DNA of 61,962 nt, filler included, from Sphacelaria rigidula (Eukaryota): NCBI GenBank assembly GCA_964200075.2. It is 9 parts of 9 records of this genome, joined end to end, with 100 filler letters (N's around TTAATTAATTAA, not from the genome) between each part and the next. Parts side by side here need not be neighbours in the genome. Positions count along the whole stretch, not along the records: positions 6,898 to 13,694 come from CAXNAA020018040.1; positions 13,795 to 20,590 come from CAXNAA020018041.1; positions 20,691 to 27,486 come from CAXNAA020018042.1; 6 more parts are not named here. One strand, given 5' to 3'. Position 1 is the stretch's first letter, and every line of letters starts with the position of its first letter. A program made the position numbers and the translations under genes. Shown piece by piece: positions 12,113 through 24,200 of this stretch. The notes beneath the pieces were generated by a model. It did not search any database. It had not been told where the DNA came from and saw only the letters and a program-made list of their open reading frames with translations.

Positions 12113-13694
12113 GTGTGCAAAATTCGACTTGACGGTCGAACAGGGAAAGGAATCCCTGAACCCCTTTCCGGACAAAAAAAAGGGAAACACCGCAGAAGGA
12201 AGGCGGGGTGCATACTGAAACAAAATAGAACAACAAACTCCTGAGTTGGCCTTCCTCCGGTTGTGTGGCCCCGGCTGATCGCCCACATGATAAACCGAAA
12301 GGTGTAAACTAGCGTCCAGAATAATAGATGAAATGGCAACAACAGATGGAAGATGGACGTGGTTGATTGTTTTTGATGTAGTGACACCACCTAGTGATGT
12401 CAACTTGAGACAAACCGCTCACTACTGGAAATGGGGGCTGAGCTCGTCGATATCACTGGATTATCACCAAGTCCCTGACTGTTCCCCGGTCCTCACTACG
12501 GAACCTGACCGAAAATAGTGAGTGCTTGCCTCGATCGATAAAAAAGAGTGGTTCGAGGTGTGGGAAGAAGGTAGCCCCGGATATAGTAGTAGTAATACTC
12601 GTAGTGACTAAGAAAAATAGTGATACTGAAATGTTGTCAACATAATATTATATTTTCCCCCTTCTTTTTGGTATGTATCAATCCGTCATCAGCGTTGATC
12701 AAAAACGAAAAAGCTGAAAAAAAACAAAACAAAAAAATTGCTCGTTTCCAATAAGGATAGATTTTTTAATCCATTCCTCAACTGCGGAGAGAATTGAGGG
12801 TTGTCAAACATATCCGCAGGAGGAACAATCTTGTACTACTTTCAAGACTGTTTTACTTCAGCCCCTTTGTTCAGACGCGCGATCGAAAGACAGAAGGCGA
12901 AAGATTCCCGGGCAACCATGCACGGAAACTACCACTCCTCTCGTCGTGGAGGGCACGTCATCACTGCAGTGACATCCTGCAGGTGAATTCAGGTGAATGG
13001 TGCTCTCTTCTAGCGCTGAAGTAAATATAACGTCAACACAGAAAACTGGATGAGAAAAACCGGGACATCGACATGCCAGCACCGCAAACAGAATATAGCT
13101 CGAGAGAGTGCCTGCTCCGAGATTTTTTTTTCAATTTGAGCGTATTTTTTATGGTGGTGAGTTTTTTGTCTGCGTGCATTCGATTTGCAGGCGGAGAACT
13201 GTTTGGGGGTTGCCCATGATGGGTGGTAATCCTTCATCCATGCCGGGGTGGTTGGGTGGGTGTCAGCGTCCTCGTGTCGGCTTGACATGGGAGAAAACCC
13301 CGAAAGCAGGACTGAAAGTACGACTTGGATTTGTTTCACCTGCTATCCAGTATCCCATAAGACAACGCAGGTTTTAGCTGTTAAACGAGAGGGGTAGGTG
13401 TCCACATTGAGCGTTTCAAGGGCGCCAATATCAGTGACGCACGGGAGTGGTACCCGATTGGCACACAACAAGCACTGCAATGTATGTGTTGTGATCCCAT
13501 TTATTCTGGGCGTCAGTCTACCCCTTTCGGGATATGTGGGCGCATCAGCCAGGGTCACACAGGAGGAAGGTCAACACAGGGGCTTTTTTTTAGTACCCCA
13601 CCTTCCTTCTGCGGTGTTTGCCTTTGTTTTTTATCGCGAGAGGGGTTCGGCAGTCCCTTTCCCTCGTCGACTGTGAAGTCGAATTTTGTGTACC
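12113..13694. repeat. Pair of ~220-bp inverted repeat copies (about 12113-12340 and 13480-13694)
   Basis: CAAAATTCGACTT...CACCGCAGAAGGAAGG...GCCCACAT...CCAGAATAA occurs forward and as a diverged reverse complement. Confidence 0.7.
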
Positions 13695-13970
13695 NNNNNN
13701 NNNNNNNNNNNNNNNNNNNNNNNNNNNNNNNNNNNNNNTTAATTAATTAANNNNNNNNNNNNNNNNNNNNNNNNNNNNNNNNNNNNNNNNNNNNAGGTAC
13801 ACAAGTGTGTTCATACTTCATCTGTAGGAGCTGGATCGCATAGAGACTGATCTGTCCGACGTGTGAACATTTTGAAGTCAAGTGTGCTATGAGGTAGGAA
13901 CGCAACAACATTCGAGTCGTCGGTTTCCATCTTGTCTATATGGTACAGGCAATGGAAAAAGTCTACACAC

Positions 13971-15247
13971 CTTGGGGGGCAGGGTAAAAACGGCTCCGAT
14001 GTCGATCTTGTGAGGCTGTTTCCGCTGCACCTGCTGCTCGAACTCCTTTTGGTCGCTGAAGCACTGGTACCTGTTCGCGACAAACAACGAGCCACCCATC
14101 TCACATTCTGAAGTTCGTACTACAATAGCAGCAGCTGAGAACTAAACCGGGACGTGTTCCTAAAAGGTGGGTGAGATTCATAACCTAGTAGGGCCACTAC
14201 ACCGCAGGGCGGTTCGGTTGAACTGTGAAGTGGATACGTGTCTCAGGTACGATGCATCCGCTTTCAGGTAATATTTTTTAACACGCCCCTGGTACAACGT
14301 AGTAGACGAAGCCGCATGTTTGCTTCAATCCTGCGGACAATTTAGTGGGGCAAGCACGCAGAGTATTGCTTACCGAATGTACACGTCATCCTCGATAGTA
14401 AAGGAGAACTCTCTCTTGGAGAAGAAATCAGACTGCTCTTCCACCGCCGCTTGCTTTCCGTTTGCGTCCGGAAATGCCGCGGGTTGGTTCGCGTATCCCA
14501 ACCATCGATACATCTGTGCAGTAGGCGGTCACCAAGAAGAAGTGTTCGCCTAGTCAAAGTACATATTATACATGTATACGACCAGCGACTTGAACACGCA
14601 ACACAAACTACTACGGTTGTACATGACGCGGCATTGACTTCGAAAGTGCGGTGGCCCTTGCTCACGACACAGGACCAGGACACAGCACAGCGCAGTGCTG
14701 TGGAGCGAGCTGTTCCAGCCGGATGAGCGAGGAAGGCAGATCGTGGCGGAGAACTTGCCCACAAGGAATATCGTGCGAAATATGCACACATATCCACGCA
14801 CACAGTTGAGGGGGCGACAACATCGATGATACTCAAGCGTGAGTTGAGTTGCTCTTTACATCCCAATCAGTGTTGGACAATCTAGCACGGAGCTACATCT
14901 TCAAGTCAACACTTCCTCTCAAGAAATGTGTAGACCGTATGTTGCACTGCTGTACGTCGTATGGCACTACAGTACTCCCTGCGCTGTCTCCCTCACCTCT
15001 TTGCAACCTGTACTCTGACAAAGAAGACCCCTGTTTTATTACTACAGTCCATAACCCGAGCGACAGCACCCACCTGCTCGTAAGGAAATAGTTTTGCGTA
15101 GTACAGGCGCAATAGGTCAGTACTGAACGCTTCGCGGTTGTCGTCCGCACTGATCCCTTTACCCGTCTTGCTGCTGCTGCCAGGTGTCGGCGGGGTAGAA
15201 CTGTTGCTAATGGCGGCATTTTCCTGGTCAACCTCCATAGCCGGCAT
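13971..15247 (-). CDS. PRI1: DNA primase small (catalytic) subunit, first three exons
   Basis: Exons 15247-15074 (MPAMEVDQ...LLRLYYAKLFPYEQ), 14513-14374 (MYRWLGY...FFSKREFSFTIEDDVYIR) and 14070-13971 (YQCF...QPHKIDIGAVFTLPPK). Introns are GT-AG with phases 0 and 2 matching. Hallmark primase motifs LYY..LFP, REFSFT..DD.YIRY and P.KIDIGAV are present. Confidence 0.95.
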
Positions 15248-15766
15248 GCTTCCCCCTTTGTCGTTTGCACAAAAGTAGCACAAAATTTCTCTACCGCGTT
15301 GCTGCAGAGAGTGCTGTGGTGATATTTTCAGCGAGGGAAAGACGGGGCACACGCCAATTGCGTGTGTTGTCGTGGGATGAGATGCTGCAGGCCTAAGAGG
15401 TGACTGCCTGCTCTATCTTTACCCCCTAGTTTGAAAAATTGGACTTACGACTTGAGACCACGACCAGGATACTTGGATGTGAGAAATTGAGTCGATAACG
15501 GTTCAGAGATTTGAACAAAGACCCACAGGAAAATCTCTGGGAGATGCTGGGAATCGGAAGTGGAACATGAGACAGTAAGCCCTACCTGTATGCCCTCGGC
15601 GATGTCTCCTCTTCATAGTAGGCGTCTCTTCGGCTGAGCTTTTTGAATTAGAAAATGACAAAAGGAATGTGTCGGTGCATTTGGATTATGGCAGCAAAAT
15701 TAAATGCTGAGTGGCATCTAGGCCAGGGTGACAGCGCGCTCAACGCGGCAGTCACCTGATAGCAAC
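15248..15766. promoter_or_regulatory. Candidate bidirectional promoter/5'UTR region between PRI1 and the divergent gene
   Basis: Only 519 bp separate two divergent ATGs within one contig. No specific motif was identified. Confidence 0.45.
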
Positions 15767-18700
15767 ATGCAGAAAGCAATGCTGACCTTCGTGAAAAGCA
15801 GCAACATGAACAGTCAAAACGGTAATGGGAACAGGAGGAAGTCATCTACACCGCAGAGGAGGATCAAGCAGCAGCAACGGTTCAACTCCTCCCAAAACGA
15901 CACTCCCCCAAAACGCACGACACGATATGAGTTCAAAATTCAAAATCTTGCCAGTAACCCCGACAGCATGTCCCTTGTTCGAGGGCGAGCTGTCGGCTTT
16001 GCTGTGACAAAAGATACAGATGGCGAAGGAGGGTGTCCCGCAGTTCCCGTTTCGTCGAAGTGGCGCAAGCCTGCTGCTGGAAGAGCTTCGTTGGCTCCAT
16101 CGGGTAAGCTCATCGTATATTTGTCTTGTGTGTTGGCAGATGTGTGTTGTGTATCCTGTCTCATCCTGTACGAGTATCACCTGTACAGTACAAGTACGAT
16201 GGAAAATGGTTGAAACGCGGGGACAGAGTACAGACAATATATGAGTATACAAGCTGGGCCAGCTGACAGTGTTTTGTAATGCATCCTAGCGATGCTGTCT
16301 GTAATTCGAAGAGTTAGGCGCTGACATTTTGACGCATCATTTTTATCATCGCTACGCACAACACTGTTGGGGATGCCAAGAAAAACAAGACAAAACAGAA
16401 AGTCAAAGCGATTTGAAGTTTCTGCAAAAACTAGAAAAATGCTGTAATATAACTCGGTGAAAAAAAAAGAACTAAGCAGGCATCCCCAGAATTGTACGTC
16501 ATTGTGTGGAAGAGATCCTGGTACAATTTCGGCCAAAAAAAAGGAAATTTGGCACAGCATCCAAATTATCGTGTGGCACGGCTGCGCCCCGGTGGTCGGA
16601 CTGGTAAAACCGCCTCGTATTACTGAGGTCACGAGTTCGAATCCCGGCACGACCATTTTGTTTTTGCGCATAATCTGGCATAGCGCCTTGCATCTGGAGG
16701 GTGTATAGCGCAGTTTGAGGTAGTACTTCTCCCTCTTACGGTGGTAAATGACCGTCGGTCGGAAGGTTCCGGGGGTTGGGGGGATGTCTCCCATGATGGA
16801 GCTGTTGACGACCTTGATGCCATCTTGCAGCACTACTCGTACCAGTGTGCTTTTGGCTGCGCATGTCGAGTCTTCGCGTGCCTGTGCGGCCGAACTCCCT
16901 ACCGTAATTCCACCGCATTTGGTGAAACGAAACGTCTCCAGACACGATATCACGCAACTACACGAGACCTTCCAGGTACTCAATGCAGTACGATAGCATT
17001 ATCGCCAAAACCTCGCCGATCGACCAGCGGCGGTGACGTCCAATACCAGGTTGGTCTGCAGTTCACAGCGATATGCTCAAGTCGAGATGATTTGGTAAAC
17101 CTGACGAGTTCTGGTTGGACATGCAAATACAGGATGTACTGCTGGCCCAGCTCGTGGTACACAGTACATAGCAGTACATCCTGCGTTCACTTGCTACAGT
17201 AAAATAGCAAAAAACAACCGACAGCGAGCGGTCTCTTATTGAGTTACACTGTATCACCGTACGTAGTGTACGTTTTGTCGGCATTCGTATGGTAATCGTT
17301 TGTGCGAACATACTGTACGCACGCGCCCTCGGAATTAGATAATATAGTTTTTCGTGTTCGATGCATTTCTCAAGGCGAAGGTCTCCTGCAAGCGAAGGCT
17401 GCACATGATCGTTTTGCCGACCGTACACATGCGCAGGCTTCCTGCAGGTTTCTTGCCATAGTCAACTCACCAGGGTACCTCCACACCCTGACCGACCTGG
17501 CAAATTGGGCTGCACCGTCTGCACCGCGCTGAATTGTTTTGTGCGCTACGTCACAGGGGTTAGGCACAGTGTACAGCAGAAGAGATGTGTACGAGGTGCG
17601 GACAGTACGCGGTTCTTCTTGTCCTTAACCTCCTCCGGACTCCAGTCGATTGCCAGAATATTACGTTGTTAATGTAACCCATCCACTCCACGTGCTTCAT
17701 CAACGTGCCAGTGCAATGTGCACCACGATCTTCATGCGGTCCTCAATAAAATGAAACGTCAGCCTGTCCGATCTGATACGACGGTGCTCATGATGTCGGG
17801 GCCTGATGATGGGTTTGTACTACATGTTTCGTACCCCCGATGCGATTTGCCCAATATGCGAGTACGCCGATTCCCTGTTGGGCGGTCCCTGCGCCTGGTT
17901 GGGTACAACGGCAGTCCCTTCTCAATCGATCGCGCGCGACCCCCAACTGCAGTGCAATACAGCGACCACATTGCAAAGCGTAGATCACATTCCCCGGAAA
18001 AGTACAGCATACTGCGGCGGAATTCAACAGGCGGCCTTTTTTCTTTGCCGTTGCCCTCACCGCCGTTCTTGCAGTGTCCTATGTCGACGAAGAGGAACCA
18101 ACGCTCGAAGACGGCCTGTCCTTGATGGCTGCGACTCCAGGAGACAGCTATATCACTACTACGGCGCAGCAATGCCCTTCTCTGCCGATCGTTCCGCCCT
18201 CGTGCCTCAGAGGCGGTAGGACGGATTCCGCGTCCAAATCGTACGCATACGGTACAGGGAGCGAAGTCATCGCTCACGACGATGGGAGTTCAACTAGTCC
18301 TCACTCTCCTGGGGTGTTTCCTGCTCGTGGTCGTGGACGCAGACAGTGGAATATAGAAGATACGGATGGTGAAGGTGCTGGTGGAGTTTCTGGTGAAGGT
18401 GATGATGCTGGTGATGATGACGATGATCATCTCCACGCTTATACTGATGGTGGCAGCGATGGTGAATACGAGGGTGCCTGCGGAACGAGAATAAACGGAG
18501 CGCTGTCGCTCTCATCGTGGCTATCTCCCCCACCTGACAGCACAGCCACGCGTAAGACGAAAAAACCACGGCGAAAGAGGCCAACAAGCTCAGACAACGG
18601 TAGCAGTACAAGAAGTAGATCGTGGGTAAATATGGGCGTTTCACAGGCAAAAGGCATGGCAGCGCAAGAAGTCGCAGTGGCAGCTGAACGTGGTGGCAGC

Positions 18701-19597
18701 AGCATCAGCAGTTTGTCGGCTTGGCTGGAACCACCGAAGAAGCATAGCAAGGCCGAAAGCAAGCGGGGTAAAAAGCGCAGTAGAGGAGAGACTGCTGCAA
18801 ATTGTGGCAAGAAGCGCGGGCGAGCTGTTGATATCGACGCGAACACCTGGGACGAGGGTGATCGAGGTGGCGATGGCGGTAGTTCGGTTGAAGGAGGCGA
18901 AGATTGGATATCGGAACGACTCGGAGGCTTCGATCCCGACGGGGTCGCCAGGTGTGTGTAGCACATACTTGAAAACACAGCAGAGCGTATGATGCGGGGT
19001 ACCACGCAATTCTGATCCTATTAGATGTTGATCGGTAACGTTCCGTGGGTTTCTTGGGAAGCGTCCATTGTGTGAAGGGTTGATATTTTTCCGCCTGTCG
19101 AAGTTCTGTCTTGCACCGTGGGACACTCATTTCTGGCTGCGTTGTAGAGCAAGGTACACCAAACTCGGTATTATTGGAGATCCACAGCAGTGAACTCAGC
19201 GAGAGCCCCGAGTAGACGATTATAGCTCAGTAACTGTCGTATTTTCTACTTGTGCGATCACCTGTAGCTTTACTATCGAACAGCACAATCATCAGCACAG
19301 TCTGCACGCGATCTGGCTGTGCAACAAATATGCAACGCAAACCAAAGCTTCCCCCCCCCGCTCATACGCAGGGCGAAGGACGGCTGGGCAGACAGAGAAA
19401 GACGCAACCTCACTTCTACTGATGTGGCCCTGGGTGCTAAACGCAAGAGCAACTCTAGCAAAGGGAATGGCAGGGGGTGGAGAACTAGAGCAGGCGGTTC
19501 GAAGGTTTTTGTGGCGCCCACCAGGGGTCGGGCTCCAACCGTCGCCACTGGGCAAGCAGCGTTTAGAATGTCTTTGGGGGGGGGAAGTTTTAGTTGA
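15767..19597 (+). CDS. Uncharacterised low-complexity, probably nuclear protein (multi-exon)
   Basis: Exon 15767-16103 (GTAAGC donor, phase 1) joins in frame to exon 18075-18951 (acidic, with basic NLS-like KKPRRKRP and KRGKKRSR). A probable last exon 19268-19597 carries WRTRAGGSKVFV...TGQAAF; its link to the previous exon is unresolved. Confidence 0.6.
16586..16655 (+). mobile_element. tRNA-like SINE head or tRNA pseudogene within an intron
   Basis: GCCCCGGTGGTCGGACTGG (A box) and GAGTTCGAATCCC (B box). Acceptor and anticodon stems do not pair convincingly. Confidence 0.55.
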
Positions 19598-20690
19598 CCA
19601 ATTATCATTTGTGATCGTGGAGAAGATGAACACTGGCGCAGTAGATCAAGATCATCTTTCCGCGCGGAAGGAATGGAAAGTGACCTATGGGCTGTCTGTT
19701 AAATTGATGCCGGAAGAGTCTCGAGGCACTGCCTGGAAGTTCTGCTGCCAGCTGGTACATACGTTATTGTGTGGGCACCACCAGATAAAGGAAAATTCCC
19801 GTGTCCGTGGAGGGCGGATCACCTCTTCAAGTTGACGACACTATGAATCGACCTTGTACGTATCATGGCCATGAGGTTCCGCGTTCGATCCTGGCTCCGG
19901 TCAACGCGACAAATAAAGAATCGATCGGAGTGAAACGGGCAACACGGTCTTCAATTTGGTTGGGATTCGGGAAGGAATTGGTGGCTGATGACAATGTCCA
20001 AAACTTCCGGATTTGGTAAGGTACCTGATTACTCGAATGCTTCGGAGCGCCACGCCGTACACGCTGGGCAGTTCCCCGAACGTCGCCGTCCTATTTTTTT
20101 CGGGTTTTCCCCCGCAAAAATGAACTTGTTAAAAAAAAGGCAACATACAAAAAAGGGTACACCCTGGTGCTTCTGAGGCAAAAAAGGGTCGCGCATTTTT
20201 CGCTTTGGGGCGCGGCGCTGCATGCTGGCTGAGCACCTCGAAAGCATATTCCAGCGCCCTAGCCCCACGCCCATGGTCCCTAGGCAGCATATCAGACCAT
20301 TTTGTTTCACTCTCACAAGCGTTACTGGGCTGAACTACCGCGCCGAAAATGAGAGCCTGTGACAGTACCCTTTTGTGTAAGCAAAACAGGAGGGTACACC
20401 CTGCTCTCTGCTAAAATGTTTTATCTACCCTTTCTTGTTCTACTGTTGTCCCTTTTCTGTCAGGTGGTGGCCCTTTTTGTGAAGTGGTGACCGTACCGCC
20501 GTCTCAGCACAAGTTACGCCGAGCAGTCACAACCATAGCCATTTTCGGTGAAACTACACCCCGCCAAAAAAAAGGCCGAAACACAACGACNNNNNNNNNN
20601 NNNNNNNNNNNNNNNNNNNNNNNNNNNNNNNNNNTTAATTAATTAANNNNNNNNNNNNNNNNNNNNNNNNNNNNNNNNNNNNNNNNNNNN

Positions 20691-20691
20691 G

Positions 20692-20738
<47 letters not shown>

Positions 20739-20760
20739 ATTGTTGTTGTTATTGTTGTTG
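20691..20760. repeat. (GTT)n microsatellite at a contig start
   Basis: Directly visible. Confidence 0.95.
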
Positions 20761-21250
20761 TCTTGACATTAGAACCCATTCCAATATCTTCACAGTACTC
20801 CGTACTGAGCATCCGAAGCGGACGCCTCCTGTGATAACACGCTAACCACCCAGAAATACGTGTGATGAAATGACTCAATGTTTCATTTGACCTGATTTGA
20901 CTCGATTCGATTGGGCATTGCACTTTCACTGATCCGTTACGAATCTAGCCGTAGTCACTCACACGATGGGCGTATCTTCCATGTACGAAATGGAACCGCT
21001 CGCTAGTGGAAACCTCGAGAAAGGGGATAAGAACGAAAACAAATCAGAAAAGATGGAGCGAAGCACAAACACGAAGAAAAGTAGAGAGAACAAGATGCCA
21101 GGCTAATAAGAACTGCATACTACCTTTGGTTTGCGATCTCGCGTGATGTCTGCATCTCGTCTGCCTCCAGGCGACCCCGCCGAACCGCGCCCCCTCTTTT
21201 CGAATGTTTTTGACCACTCAACAATCGTCGTTTGTCATTAACTAAACCAG

Positions 21251-24200
21251 GTACGCCTACGTCAGGGATGATCCACTTGTGGGATTCTCCCGGGTGAATC
21301 CGAACTGCGTCGATACATTTTACCACACGCATGAATTCGGGTTCAACATGGGATGCAAAGACGACAGGGACAACGTGCTCCATCAGCTGGAGTACTCTCA
21401 CGGCATGCGCTACTGTGACGACGATGTTTCTTCACTTGAAAGGTAGATCGGGGAGGTCGTGTTATTCATTAGCAGCCTCGTATACCTGTTTGCGTTGCCG
21501 CATTACAGCAGCTTGGTTCTCGTGCCTCGGGTTGTAGAGTACAGCTTTTGGTTCAAAGTCTACCGATCACCGCGTCAATCACACGAATGAGGCATAGGCA
21601 TTTCACGCAAGACCGGCACTAACACACCGCGCCTGCCATCAGCCCCTTGACCTCCGAGATAGTGACTTGGTTGACTCGGGTTCACTTCACAGCTTTCACA
21701 TCTACTTACTGTATATTACCCCTTCCTCAAGGAAAGCGTGTGTCGGGCTACATGACGTCCGTTCGACGGGTCTGATGCATAGGCATTTCACACAAGCCCG
21801 GCACTAACACACCGCTCCTGCCATCAGCCTCTTTTCCCCCGAGATAGTGACTTGGTTGACTCGGGTTCACTTCACAACTTTCGCATCTACTTACTGCAAA
21901 ATACCCCTTCCTCGAGGAAAGCGTGTGTCGGGTACATGACGTCCGTTCGACGGGTCTGATCTGAGCGCGGTCGAGATGGGAGGAATCCTCCTGTTCCCTT
22001 TGCTACTCTTGATTTGCGAGGTATGGGTGAGTTGTTCATCATGTGTGCACGAGGTCCGTTTTGTTCCTGACCTCAGCGGTTTTGAGCGGATAAGTATAGT
22101 TGAGGTGAGTGATTTTGAATTCGCCGTCATGTGATATGTTTGCCAATGGCGATGTGCTGCTCGTGATTCATGAGGTTCAACCAGTACCGATGATTGTGCT
22201 CCTTCTTGCATGCACAATGGAAATGGCCCCTGAACCCCAACCAGGCTGCAGGGTCGAGTAGGAAGAAAAGGGGGAGGAAACAAGAGACATGCATGCAGAA
22301 GATGACTGACGGGTCACGTAGAGATCAAGGCGGTAGGCAGGTGAAGTGAGGCGAAAAACGAGACAAATGAAGCGATACATAACCAGGCGAAGCGGAAGGA
22401 AGGCGACAAAGATGGAACGAAACGAAACCAAACGCGAGCAGAAGTGCAGAAAACGTGGCAAAATCGATATTTGATTACTACTGCTAGCTACTAATACTAG
22501 CTACAAGTGGTGGCAGCAGCGGCAATAGTAGTGGTAGTTCCATCTTTATCATTATTATTACTGTTTCTACTGTTGTAACTATATTAAGGTTATTCTTTTT
22601 GCTATTTTTACTATTGTTTTAATTATTCTCCTCATTCTCCTTATTTATTTTATGATCATGATTATGATTATGATTATTATGATTATTATTATTATAATTA
22701 TTATTCTCCTTATGATTATGATTATGATTATGATTATGATTATTATGATTATTGTTATTGTTATTGTTATTGTTGTTGTTATTGTTGTTATTATAACTAT
22801 TGTTTTAATTATTCTCCTCATTATTATGATTACGATTATGATTATGATTATGATTATGATTATGATTATGATTATGATTATGATCATGATTATGATTATG
22901 ATTATCATGATTGTTATCATGATTATTATGATTATTATGATTATTATGATTATTATTACAATTATGATTATGATTATGATTATCATGATTGTTAGCACGA
23001 TTATTATGATTGTGATTATTATGATTATGATTATTACTATCATGATTATTATGATTTTGATTATTATGATTTTGATTATTATGATTTTAATTATGATTAT
23101 GATTTGATTATGATTGTTATTATTATTTTTGTTAGTATTGTTATTGTTATTATCATTATTATTACTATTGTTGTTGTTATGATAATTATGATAATTATGA
23201 TAATTATGATTTTTTATCATTACTATCATTATTGTTATTATTCTCATCAGTGTTATTTTGCCATTGTTCATTTTTGTTGTTTTCGCTGATAATGATGTTG
23301 TATTTCCGCACGTCAGCCCAATTTCTCAAACCCGTGGTCACAGATGTAAGCTTGCCTTTCCAGTATCCCCACTGCTACCCCGTGTATAGAATGCGAACCG
23401 AAATGGAAGCGAAACAGAAATAATATGGAACATAGAAACAACGACGCGAAATGCAACAAGATAAACGATTCGATAATGAACCCAAACTCATCATGACAAC
23501 AGAAAAGCGATAAGTGGAGCTCAGTTTCGGCGACTTCGTCAGATCATTTCACGAACGCGAGTATGTTTCTTGATCATTCGCAGGTACATCACCATCATGT
23601 CAAACTCCTGCCCCGGGGAAGAGGCTCCGAAGGTCAATTTTTTCTCCAATCCTGCTGTTTCCTACTTGGGGAGGCCAACCGGCGCGGAAGACGCAAACAA
23701 CGCCAGGACCATCATGGAAAATATGGTCAGAGACGCTTGCTAAGTCATTATCTTATCGTCAGTAACTAGATGGGATTTGTGTTGTGCTGCTGTGCCTCTG
23801 TCTCTGCCTTTCTCACGAATATCATTCATTCATCAGTGAAGCTGTAATCATGTATCCTCCTGGGAGTGGTTTTGCTCCTCGACAGAAACAAGACACGGAA
23901 CCGTTTTGTAAACATCAAACAATGAGGTTACATCTTTCCGGTAGTCAGCATAAAATACGAAGGACAGCTCAACTATCACCGTCAACATGGCAGGAGAGCA
24001 CTATTGAAATATACTGTACTACCACCGTGCATCTGCGATAATGCCCCCTACGCCTAGCACTCAACACCTATCAACGGGTAGCGCCTGTCATTGCACCCTA
24101 AATTGCCATGCTTCACTGTAACTTCTTGATGTCATTCTCCGTTCTTCTGTGCCGTCGTTCTCCACTGTGCCCTCTTGTTCATATCCCACACGATTGCTTC

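Noticed and set aside
16586..16655. Functional tRNA genes here and at 11409, 36040 and 48400
   Set aside because: A/B boxes are present but there is no complete cloverleaf; they fit SINE heads or pseudogenes better.
22645..23289. Ile/Met-rich ORFs on both strands
   Set aside because: These are translations of an ATT/ATG microsatellite.
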